A program made the position numbers and the translations under genes. From contig OZ024758.1 of assembly GCA_964016885.1 (NCBI GenBank), forward strand, positions 37,820,001 to 37,884,000: DNA of 64,000 nucleotides, read 5' to 3'. Under the pieces are notes generated by a model. It ran no database searches. It saw nothing but the letters and a program-made list of their open reading frames with translations, and was not told the origin of the DNA. The stretch is from Eledone cirrhosa (lineage: Eukaryota). Below are positions 49,501-61,500 of this stretch, piece by piece (position 1 is the stretch's first letter; every line of letters starts with the position of its first letter).

Positions 49501-52500
49501 GTAACTCCACTGTTGGTGAGAATTCATTTAAGTTCATGGTACTAGCTGTCAGAAGTAACTCCACTGTTGGTGAGAATTCATTTAAGTTCATGGTATATAG
49601 CTGTCAGAAGTCACTCCAATGTTGGTGAGAATTCATTTAAGTTCATGGTATTAGCTGTCAGAAGTCACTCCACTGTTGGTGAGAATTCATTTAAGTTCAT
49701 GGTACTAGCCGTCAGAAGTAACCCCAATGTTGGTGAGAATTCATTTAAGTTCATGGTATTAGCTGTCAGAAGTCACTCCAATGTTGGTGAGAATTCATTT
49801 AAGTTCATGGTATTAGCTGTCAGAAGTAACTCCACTGTTGGTGAGAATTCATTTAAGTTCATGGTATTAGCTGTCAGAAGTAACTCCACTGTTGGTGAGA
49901 ATTCATTTAAGTTCATGGTATTAGCTGTCAGAAGTAACTCCACTGTTGGTGAGAATTCATTTAAGTCATGGTATTAGCTGTCAGAAGTAACTCCAATGTT
50001 GGTGAGAATTCATTTAAGTTCATGGTATTAGCTGTCAGAAGTCACTCCACTGTTGGTGAGAATTCATTTAAGTTCATGGTACTAGCTGTCAGAAGTAACC
50101 CCAATGTTGGTGAGAATTCATTTAAGTTCATGGTATTAGCTGTCAGAAGTCACTCCAATGTTGGTGAGAATTCATTTAAGTTCATGGTATTAGCTGTCAG
50201 AAGTAACTCCACTGTTGGTGAGAATTCATTTAAGTTCATGGTATTAGCTGTCAGAAGTAACTCCACTGTTGGTGAGAATTCATTTAAGTTCATGGTATTA
50301 GCTGTCAGAAGTAACTCCACTGTTGGTGAGAATTCATTTAAGTTCATGGTATTAGCTGTCAGAAGGAACTCCAATGTTGGTGAGAATTCATTTAAGTCAT
50401 GGTACTAGCTGTCAGAAGTAACTCCACTGTTGGTGAGAATTCATTTAAGTTCATGGTATTAGCTGTCAGAAGGAACGCCACTGTTGGTGAGAATTCATTT
50501 AAATTCATGGTATTAGCTGTCAGAAGTAACTCCACTGTTGGTGAGAATTCATTTAAGTTCATGGTACTAGCTGTCAGAAGTAACTCCAATGTTGGTGAGA
50601 ATTCATTTAAGTTCATGGTATTAGCTGTCAGAAGTAACTCCACTGTTGGTGAGAATTCATTTAAGTTCATGGTATTAGCTGTCAGAAGTCACTCCAATGT
50701 TGGTGAGAATTCATTTAAGTCATGGTACTAGCTGTCAGAAGTAACTCCACTGTTGGTGAGAATTCATTTAAGTTCATTGTATTAGCTGTCAGAAGGAACG
50801 CCACTGTTGGTGAGAATTCATTTCAGTTCATGGTATTAGCTGTCAGAAGTAACTCCACTTTTGGTGAGAATTCATTTAAGTTCATGGTACTAGCTGTCAG
50901 AAGTAACTCCAATGTTGGTGAGAATTCATTTAAGTTCATGGTATTAGCTGTCAGAAGGAACTCCACTGTTGCTGAGAATTCATTTAAGTTCATGGTATTA
51001 GCTGTCAGAAGTAACTCCACTGTTGGTGAGAATTCATTTAAGTTCATGGTACTAGCTGTCAGAAGTCACTCCACTGTTGGTGAGAATACATTTAAGTTCA
51101 TGGTACTAGCTGTCAGAAGTAACCCCAATGTTGGTGAGAATTCATTTAAGTTCATGGTATTAGCTGTCAGAAGTAACTCCACTGTTGGTGAGAATTCATT
51201 TAAGTTCATGGTACTAGCTGTCAGAAGTAACTCCAATGTTGGTGAGAATTCATTTAAGTTCATGGTATTAGCTGTCAGAAGGAACTCCACTGTTGCTGAG
51301 AATTCATTTAAGTTCATGGTATTAGCTGTCAGAAGTAACTCCACTGTTGGTGAGAATTCATTTAAGTTCATGGTACTAGCTGTCAGAAGTCACTCCACTG
51401 TTGGTGAGAATACATTTAAGTTCATGGTACTAGCTGTCAGAAGTAACCCCAATGTATGAGAGAATTCATTTAAGTTCATGGTATTAGCTGTCAGAAGTCA
51501 CTCCAATGTTGGTGAGAATTCATTTAAGTTCATGGTATTAGCTGTCAGAAGTAACTCCACTGTTGGTAAGAATTCATTTAAGTTCATGGTATTAGCTGTC
51601 AGAAGTAACTCCACTGTTGGTGAGAATTCATTTAAGTTCATGGTATTAGCTGTCAGAAGGAACGCCATTGTTGGTGAGAATTCATTTAAGTTCATGGTAT
51701 TAGCTGTCAGAAGTAACTCCACTGTTGGTGAGAATTCATTTAAGTTCATGGTACTAGCTGTCAGAAGTAACTCCACTGTTGGTGAGAATTCATTTAAGTT
51801 CATGGTATTAGCTGTCAGAAGTCACTCCAATGTTGGTGAGAATTCATTTAAGTTCATGGTATTAGCTGTCAGAAGTCACTCCACTGTTGGTGAGAATTCA
51901 TTTAAGTTCATGGTACTAGCTGTCAGAAGTAACCCCAGTGTTGGTGAGAATTCATTTAAGTTCATGGTATTAGCTGTCAGAAGTCACTCCAATGTTGGTG
52001 AGAATTCATTTAAGTTCATGGTATTAGCTGTCAGAAGTAACTCCACTGTTGGTGAGAATTCATTTAAGTTCATGGTATTAGCTGTCAGAAGTAACTCCAC
52101 TGTTGGTGAGAATTCATTTAAGTTCATGGTATTAGCTGTCAGAAGTAACTCCACTGTTGGTGAGAATTCATTTAAGTCATGGTATTAGCTGTCAGAAGTA
52201 ACTCCAATGTTGGTGAGAATTCATTTAAGTTCATGGTATTAGCTGTCAGAAGTCACTCCACTGTTGGTGAGAATTCATTTAAGTTCATGGTACTAGCTGT
52301 CAGAAGTAACCCCAATGTTGGTGAGAATTCATTTAAGTTCATGGTATTAGCTGTCAGAAGTCACTCCAATGTTGGTGAGAATTCATTTAAGTTCATGGTA
52401 TTAGCTGTCAGAAGTAACTCCACTGTTGGTGAGAATTCATTTAAGTTCATGGTATTAGCTGTCAGAAGTAACTCCACTGTTGGTGAGAATTCATTTAAGT

Positions 52501-55500
52501 TCATGGTATTAGCTGTCAGAAGTAACTCCACTGTTGGTGAGAATTCATTTAAGTTCATGGTATTAGCTGTCAGAAGGAACTCCAATGTTGGTGAGAATTC
52601 ATTTAAGTCATGGTACTAGCTGTCAGAAGTAACTCCACTGTTGGTGAGAATTCATTTAAGTTCATGGTATTAGCTGTCAGAAGGAACGCCAGTGTTGGTG
52701 AGAATTCATTTAAATTCATGGTATTAGCTGTCAGAAGTAACTCCACTGTTGGTGAGAATTCATTTAAGTTCATGGTACTAGCTGTCAGAAGTAACTCCAA
52801 TGTTGGTGAGAATTCATTTAAGTTCATGGTATTAGCTGTCAGAAGTAACTCCACTGTTGGTGAGAATTCATTTAAGTTCATGGTATTAGCTGTCAGAAGT
52901 CACTCCAATGTTGGTGAGAATTCATTTAAGTCATGGTACTAGCTGTCAGAAGTAACTCCACTGTTGGTGAGAATTCATTTAAGTTCATGGTATTAGCTGT
53001 CAGAAGTAACTCCACTGTTGGTGAGAATTCATTTAAGTTCATGGTACTAGCTGTCAGAAGTAACTCCAATGTTGGTGAGAATTCATTTAAGTTCATGGTA
53101 TTAGCTGTCAGAAGTAACCCCAATGTTGGTGAGAATTCATTTAAGTTCATGGTATTAGCTGTCAGAAGTAACTCCACTGTTGGTGAGAATTCATTTAAGT
53201 TCATGGTACTAGCTGTCAGAAGTAACTCCAATGTTGGTGAGAATTCATTTAAGTTCATGGTATTAGCTGTCAGAAGGAACTCCACTGTTGCTGAGAATTC
53301 ATTTAAGTTCATGGTATTAGCTGTCAGAAGTAACTCCACTGTTGGTGAGAATTCATTTAAGTTCATGGTACTAGCTGTCAGAAGTCACTCCACTGTTGGT
53401 GAGAATACATTTAAGTTCATGGTACTAGCTGTCAGAAGTAACCCCAATGTTGGTGAGAATTCATTTAAGTTCATGGTATTAGCTGTCAGAAGTCACTCCA
53501 ATGTTGGTGAGAATTCATTTAAGTTCATGGTATTAGCTGTCAGAAGTAACTCCACTGTTGGTAAGAATTCATTTAAGTTCATGGTATTAGCTGTCAGAAG
53601 TAACTCCACTGTTGGTGAGAATTCATTTAAGTTCATGGTATTAGCTGTCAGAAGGAACGCCACTGTTGGTGAGAATTCATTTAAGTTCATGGTATTAGCT
53701 GTCAGAAGTAACTCCACTGTTGGTGAGAATTCATTTAAGTTCATGGTACTAGCTGTCAGAAGTAACTCCAATGTTGGTGAGAATTCATTTAAGTTCATGG
53801 TATTAGCTGTCAGAAGTAACTCCACTGTTGGTGAGAATTCATTTAAGTTCATGGTATTAGCTGTCAGAAGTCACTCCGATGTTGGTGAGAATTCATTTAA
53901 GTCATGGTACTAGCTGTCAGAAGTAACTCCACTGTTGGTGAGAATTCATTTAAGTTCATTGTATTAGCTGTCAGAAGGAACGCCACTGTTGGTGAGAATT
54001 CATTTAAGTTCATGGTATTAGCTGTCAGAAGTAACTCCACTGTTGGTGAGAATTCATTTAAGTTCATGGTACTAGCTGTCAGAAGTAACTCCAATGTTGG
54101 TGAGAATTCATTTAAGTTCATGGTATTAGCTGTCAGAAGTAACCCCAATGTTGGTGAGAATTCATTTAAGTTCATGGTATTAGCTGTCAGAAGTAACTCC
54201 ACTGTTGGTGAGAATTCATTTAAGTTCATGGTACTAGCTGTCAGAAGTAACTCCAATGTTGGTGAGAATTCATTTAAGTTCATGGTATTAGCTGTCAGAA
54301 GGAACTCCACTGTTGCTGAGAATTCATTTAAGTTCATGGTATTAGCTGTCAGAAGTAACTCCACTGTTGGTGAGAATTCATTTAAGTTCATGGTACTAGC
54401 TGTCAGAAGTCACTCCACTGTTGGTGAGAATACATTTAAGTTCATGGTACTAGCTGTCAGAAGTAACCCCAATGTTGGTGAGAATTCATTTAAGTTCATG
54501 GTATTAGCTGTCAGAAGTCACTCCAATGTTGGTGAGAATTCATTTAAGTTCATGGTATTAGCTGTCAGAAGTAACTCCACTGTTGGTAAGAATTCATTTA
54601 AGTTCATGGTATTAGCTGTCAGAAGTAACTCCACTGTTGGTGAGAATTCATTTAAGTTCATGGTATTAGCTGTCAGAAGGAACGCCACTGTTGGTGAGAA
54701 TTCATTTAAGTTCATGGTATTAGCTGTCAGAAGTAACTCCACTGTTGGTGAGAATTCATTTAAGTTCATGGTACTAGCTGTCAGAAGTAACTCCACTGTT
54801 GGTGAGAATTCATTTAAGTTCATGGTATTAGCTGTCAGAAGTCACTCCAATGTTGGTGAGAATTCATTTAAGTTCATGGTATTAGCTGTCAGAAGTCACT
54901 CCACTGTTGGTGAGAATTCATTTAAGTTCATGGTACTAGCTGTCAGAAGTAACCCCAATGTTGGTGAGAATTCATTTAAGTTCATGGTATTAGCTGTCAG
55001 AAGTCACTCCAATGTTGGTGAGAATTCATTTAAGTTCATGGTATTAACTGTCAGAAGTAACTCCACTGTTGGTGAGAATTCATTTAAGTTCATGGTATTA
55101 GCTGTCAGAAGTAACTCCACTGTTGGTGAGAATTCATTTAAGTCATGGTATTAGCTGTCAGAAGTAACTCCAATGTTGGTGAGAATTCATTTAAGTTCAT
55201 GGTATTAGCTGTCAGAAGTCACTCCACTGTTGGTGAGAATTCATTTAAGTTCATGGTACTAGCTGTCAGAAGTAACCCCAATGTTGGTGAGAATTCATTT
55301 AAGTTCATGGTATTAGCTGTCAGAAGTCACTCCAATGTTGGTGAGAATTCATTTAAGTTCATGGTATTAGCTGTCAGAAGTAACTCCACTGTTGGTGAGA
55401 ATTCATTTAAGTTCATGGTATTAGCTGTCAGAAGTAACTCCACTGTTGGTGAGAATTCATTTAAGTTCATGGTATTAGCTGTCAGAAGTAACTCCACTGT

Positions 55501-55898
55501 TGGTGAGATTTCATTTAAGTTCATGGTATTAGCTGTCAGAAGGAACTCCAATGTTGGTGAGAATTCATTTAAGTCATGGTACTAGCTGTCAGAAGTAACT
55601 CCACTGTTGGTGAGAATTCATTTAAGTTCATGGTATTAGCTGTCAGAAGGAACGCCACTGTTGGTGAGAATTCATTTAAATTCATGGTATTAGCTGTCAG
55701 AAGTAACTCCACTGTTGGTGAGAATTCATTTAAGTTCATGGTACTAGCTGTCAGAAGTAACTCCAATGTTGGTGAGAATTCATTTAAGTTCATGGTATTA
55801 GCTGTCAGAAGTAACTCCACTATTGGTGAGAATTCATTTAAGTTCATGGTATTAGCTGTCAGAAGTCACTCCAATGTTGGTGAGAATTCATTTAAGTC
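27692..55898. repeat. 6-monomer (323 bp) module marked by TTTAAATTC
   Basis: Order cNST, RNA(G51A), NST, cNSN, NST, HSN(53 bp). Seen as 110-aa plus-strand ORFs at 27692, 31142, 34270, 46462, 48187, 50399, 52610 and 55576; absent from the first 24 kb. Confidence 0.88.
36968..45437. repeat. Tandem triplication of a 56-monomer block (3021, 2428 and 3021 bp; middle copy lacks 11 monomers)
   Basis: Markers AGAGGTAAC at 37202/40223/42651, TTTACGTTC at 37394/40415/42843 and AAGTTGATG at 39718/42146/45167 give offsets 3021 (56x54-3) and 2428 (45x54-2). Confidence 0.9.
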
Positions 55899-58593
55899 AT
55901 GGTATTAGCTGTCAGAAGTAACTCCACTGTTGGTGAGAATTCATTTAAATTCATGGTATTAGCTGTCAGAAGTAACTCCACTGTTGGTGAGAATTCATTT
56001 AAGTTCATGGTACTAGCTGTCAGAAGTAACTCCAATGTTGGTGAGAATTCATTTAAGTTCATGGTATTAGCTGTCAGAAGTAACTCCACTGTTGGTGAGA
56101 ATTCATTTAAGTTCATGGTATTAGCTGTCAGAAGTCACTCCAATGTTGGTGAGAATTCATTTAAGTCATGGTACTAGCTGTCAGAAGTAACTCCACTGTT
56201 GGTGAGAATTCATTTAAGTTCATTGTATTAGCTGTCAGAAGGAACGCCACTGTTGGTGAGAATTCATTTAAGTTCATGGTATTAGCTGTCAGAAGTAACT
56301 CCACTGTTGGTGAGAATTCATTTAAGTTCATGGTACTAGCTGTCAGAAGTCACTCCACTGTTGGTGAGAATACATTTAAGTTCATGGTACTAGCTGTCAG
56401 AAGTAACCCCAATGTTGGTGAGAATTCATTTAAGTTCATGGTATTAGCTGTCAGAAGTCACTCCAATGTTGGTGAGAATTCATTTAAGTTCATGGTATTA
56501 GCTGTCAGAAGTAACTCCACTGTTGGTAAGAATTCATTTAAGTTCATGGTATTAGCTGTCAGAAGTAACTCCACTGTTGGTGAGAATTCATTTAAGTTCA
56601 TGGTATTAGCTGTCAGAAGGAACGCCACTGTTGGTGAGAATTCATTTAAGTTCATGGTATTAGCTGTCAGAAGTAACTCCACTGTTGGTGAGAATTCATT
56701 TAAGTTCATGGTACTAGCTGTCAGAAGTAACTCCACTGTTGGTGAGAATTCATTTAAGTTCATGGTATTAGCTGTCAGAAGTCACTCCAATGTTGGTGAG
56801 AATTCATTTAAGTTCATGGTATTAGCTGTCAGAAGTCACTCCACTGTTGGTGAGAATTCATTTAAGTTCATGGTACTAGCTGTCAGAAGTAACCCCAATG
56901 TTGGTGAGAATTCATTTAAGTTCATGGTATTAGCTGTCAGAAGTCACTCCAATGTTGGTGAGAATTCATTTAAGTTCATGGTATTAGCTGTCAGAAGTAA
57001 CTCCACTGTTGGTGAGAATTCATTTAAGTTCATGGTATTAGCTGTCAGAAGTAACTCCACTGTTGGTGAGAATTCATTTAAGTTGATGGTATTAGCTGTC
57101 AGAAGTAACTCCACTGTTGGTGAGAATTCATTTAAGTCATGGTATTAGCTGTCAGAAGTAACTCCAATGTTGGTGAGAATTCATTTAAGTTCATGGTATT
57201 AGCTGTCAGAAGTCACTCCACTGTTGGTGAGAATTCATTTAAGTTCATGGTACTAGCTGTCAGAAGTAACCCCAATGTTGGTGAGAATTCATTTAAGTTC
57301 ATGGTATTAGCTGTCAGAAGTCACTCCAATGTTGGTGAGAATTCATTTAAGTTCATGGTATTAGCTGTCAGAAGTAACTCCACTGTTGGTGAGAATTCAT
57401 TTAAGTTCATGGTATTAGCTGTCAGAAGTAACTCCACTGTTGGTGAGAATTCATTTAAGTTCATGGTATTAGCTGTCAGAAGTAACTCCACTGTTGGTGA
57501 GAATTCATTTAAGTTCATGGTATTAGCTGTCAGAAGGAACTCCAATGTTGGTGAGAATTCATTTAAGTCATGGTACTAGCTGTCAGAAGTAACTCCACTG
57601 TTGGTGAGAATTCATTTAAGTTCATGGTATTAGCTGTCAGAAGTAACTCCAATGTTGGTGAGAATTCATTTAAGTTCATGGTATTAGCTGTCAGAAGTAA
57701 CTCCACTATTGGTGAGAATTCATTTAAGTTCATGGTATTAGCTGTCAGAAGTCACTCCAATGTTGGTGAGAATTCATTTAAGTCATGGTACTAGCTGTCA
57801 GAAGTAACTCCACTGTTGGTGAGAATTCATTTAAGTTCATTGTATTAGCTGTCAGAAGGAACGCCACTGTTGGTGAGAATTCATTTAAGTTCATGGTATT
57901 AGCTGTCAGAAGTAACTCCACTGTTGGTGAGAATTCATTTAAGTTCATGGTACTAGCTGTCAGAAGTAACTCCAATGTTGGTGAGAATTCATTTAAGTTC
58001 ATGGTATTAGCTGTCAGAAGGAACTCCACTGTTGCTGAGAATTCATTTAAGTTCATGGTATTAGCTGTCAGAAGTAACTCCACTGTTGGTGAGAATTCAT
58101 TTAAGTTCATGGTACTAGCTGTCAGAAGTCACTCCACTGTTGGTGCGAATACATTTAAGTTCATGGTACTAGCTGTCAGAAGTAACCCCAATGTTGGTGA
58201 GAATTCATTTAAGTTCATGGTATTAGCTGTCAGAAGTCACTCCAATGTTCGTGAGAATTCATTTAAGTTCATGGTATTAGCTGTCAGAAGTAACTCCACT
58301 GTTGGTAAGAATTCATTTAAGTTCATGGTATTAGCTGTCAGAAGTCACTCCACTGGTGGTGAGAATTCATTTAAGTTCATGGTATTAGCTGTCAGAAGTC
58401 ACTCCAATGTTGGTGAGAATTCATTTAAGTTCATGGTATTAGCTGTCAGAAGTAACTCCACTGTTGGTGAGAATTCATTTAAGTTCATGGTATTAGCTGT
58501 CAGAAGTAACTCCACTGTTGGTGAGAATTCATTTAAGTTCATGGTATTAGCTGTCAGAAGTAACTCCACTGTTGGTGAGAATTCATTTAAGTC
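46031..58593. repeat. Domain of loosely repeated 8+6+21-monomer units with variable length and many singleton substitutions
   Basis: 8-mer starts at 46031, 47756, 49968, 52179, 55145 and 57139 (32, 41, 41, 55 and 37 monomers apart), each followed by the 6-mer or a derivative and then a 21-mer derivative. Confidence 0.8.
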
Positions 58594-61500
58594 ATGCTAT
58601 TAGCTGTCAGAAGTAACTCCAATGTTGGTGAGAATTCATTTAAGTTCATGGTATTAGCTGTCAGAAGTCACTCCACTGTTGGTGAGAATTCATTTAAGTT
58701 CATGGTACTAGCTGTCAGAAGTAACCCCAATGTTGGTGAGAATTCATTTAAGTTCATGGTATTAGCTGTCAGAAGTAACTCCACTGTTGGTGAGAATTCA
58801 TTTAAGTTCATGGTATTAGCTGTCAGAAGTAACTCCACTGTTGGTGAGAATTCATTTAAGTTCATGGTATTAGCTGTCAGAAGTAACTCCACTGTTGGTG
58901 AGAATTCATTTAAGTTCATGGTATTAGCTGTCAGAAGTAACTCCACTGTTGGTGAGAATTCATTTAAGTTCATGGTATTAGCTGTCAGAAGGAACGCCAC
59001 TGTTGGTGAGAATTCATTTAAATTCATGGTATTAGCTGTCAGAAGTAACTCCACTGTTGGTGAGAATTCATTTAAGTTCATGGTACTAGCTGTCAGAAGT
59101 AACTCCAATGTTGGTGAGAATTCATTTAAGTTCATGGTATTAGCTGTCAGAAGGAATTCCACTGTTGCTGAGAATTCATTTAAGTTCATGGTATTAGCTG
59201 TCAGAAGTAACTCCACTGTTGGTGAGAATTCATTTAAGTTCATGGTACTAGCTGTCAGAAGTAACTCCACTGTTGGTGAGAATTCATTTAAGTTCATGGT
59301 ACTAACTGTCAGAAGTAACCCCAATGTTGGTGAGAATTCATTTAAGTTCATGGTATTAGCTGTCAGAAGTCACTCCAATGTTGGTGAGAATACATTTAAG
59401 TTCATGGTACTAGCTGTCAGAAGTAACCCCAATGTTGGTGAGAATTCATTTAAGTTCATGGTATTAGCTGTCAGAAGTCACTCCAATGTTGGTGAGAATT
59501 CATTTAAGTTCATGGTATTAGCTGTCAGAAGTAACTCCACTGTTGGTAAGAATTCATTTAAGTTCATGGTATTAGCTGTCAGAAGTAACTCCACTGTTGG
59601 TGAGAATTCATTTAAGTTCATGGTATTAGCTGTCAGAAGTAACTCCACTGTTGGTGAGAATTCATTTAAGTTCATGGTACTAGCTGTCAGAAGTAACTCC
59701 ACTGTTGGTGAGAATTCATTTAAGTTCATGGTATTAGCTGTCAGAAGTCACTCCAATGTTGGTGAGAATTCATTTAAGTTCATGGTATTAGCTGTCAGAA
59801 GTCACTCCACTGTTGGTGAGAATTCATTTAAGTTCATGGTACTAGCTGTCAGAAGTAACCCCAATGTTGGTGAGAATTCATTTAAGTTCATGGTATTAGC
59901 TGTCAGAAGTCACTCCAATGTTGGTGAGAATTCATTTAAGTTCATGGTATTAGCTGTCAGAAGTAACTGCACTGTTGGTGAGAATTCATTTAAGTTCATG
60001 GTATTAGCTGTCAGAAGTAACTCCACTGTTGGTGAGAATTCATTTAAGTTCATGGTATTAGCTGTCCGAAGTAACTCCACTGTTGGTGAGAATTCATTTA
60101 AGTTCATGGTATTAGCTGTCAGAAGTAACTCCACTGTTGGTGAGAATTCATTTAAGTTCATGGTATTAGCTGTCAGAAGTAACTCCACAGTTGGTGAGAA
60201 TTCATTTAAGTTCATGGTACTAGCTGTCAGAAGTAACTCCACTGTTGGTGAGAATTCATTTAAGTTCATGGTATTAGCTGTCAGAAGTCACTCCAATGTT
60301 GGTGAGAATTCATTTAAGTTCATGGTATTAGCTGTCAGAAGTCACTCCACTGTTGGTGAGAATTCATTTAAGTTCATGGTACTAGCTGTCAGAAGTAACC
60401 CCAATGTTGGTGAGAATTCATTTAAGTTCATGGTATTAGCTGTCAGAAGTCACTCCAATGTTGGTGAGAATTCATTTAAGTTCATGGTATCAGCTGTCAG
60501 AAGTAACTCCACTGTTGGTGAGAATTCATTTAAGTTCATGGTATTAGCTGTCAGAAGTAACTCCACTGTTGGTGAGAATTCATTTAAGTTCATGGTATTA
60601 GCTGTCAGAAGTAACTCCACTGTTGGTGAGAATTCATTTAAGTTCATGGTATTAGCTGTCAGAAGTAACTCCACTGTTGGTGAGAATTCATTTAAGTTCA
60701 TGGTATTAGCTGTCAGAAGGAACGCCACTGTTGGTCAGAATTCATTTAAATTCATGGTATTAGCTGTCAGAAGTAACTCCACTGTTGGTGAGAATTCATT
60801 TAAGTTCATGGTACTAGCTGTCAGAAGTAACTCCAATGTTGGTGAGAATTCATTTAAGTTCATGGTATTAGCTGTCAGAAGGAATTCCACTGTTGCTGAG
60901 AATTCATTTAAGTTCATGGTATTAGCTGTCAGAAGTAACTCCACTGTTGGTGAGAATTCATTTAAGTTCATGGTACTAGCTGTCAGAAGTAACTCCACTG
61001 TTGGTGAGAATTCATTTAAGTTCATGGTACTAGCTGTCAGAAGTAACTCCACTGTTGGTGAGAATTCATTTAAGTTCATGGTACTAGCTGTCAGAAGTAA
61101 CTCCACTGTTGGTGAGAATTCATTTAAGTTCATGGTATTAGCTGTCAGAAGTCACTCCAATGTTGGTGAGAATTCATTTAAGTTCATGGTATTAGCTGTC
61201 AGAAGTCACTCCACTGTTGGTGAGAATTCATTTAAGTTCATGGTACTAGCTGTCAGAAGTAACCCCAATGTTGGTGAGAATTCATTTAAGTTCATGGTAT
61301 TAGCTGTCAGAAGTCACTCCAATGTTGGTGAGAATTCATTTTTGTTCATGGTACTAGCTGTCAGAAGTAACTCCAATGTTGGTGAGAATTCATTTAAGTT
61401 CATGGTATTAGCTGTCAGAAGGAATTCCACTGTTGCTGAGAATTCATTTAAGTTCATGGTATTAGCTGTCAGAAGTAACTCCACTGTTGGTGAGAATTCA

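Larger units (their letters stand above)
730..57569. repeat. Recurrent 8-monomer (431 bp) higher-order module, 18 dispersed copies
   Basis: Order NSN-HST-cNPN-HSN-NST-NST-NST-(RNSN or HSN, 53 bp), bounded by the 1-bp deletion. Visible as the 146-aa ORFs starting at 730, 2240, 4829, 7849, 9413, 13080, 15885, 17233, 19553, 20955, 26075, 29525, 46031, 47756, 49968, 52179, 55145 and 57139. Confidence 0.92.
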
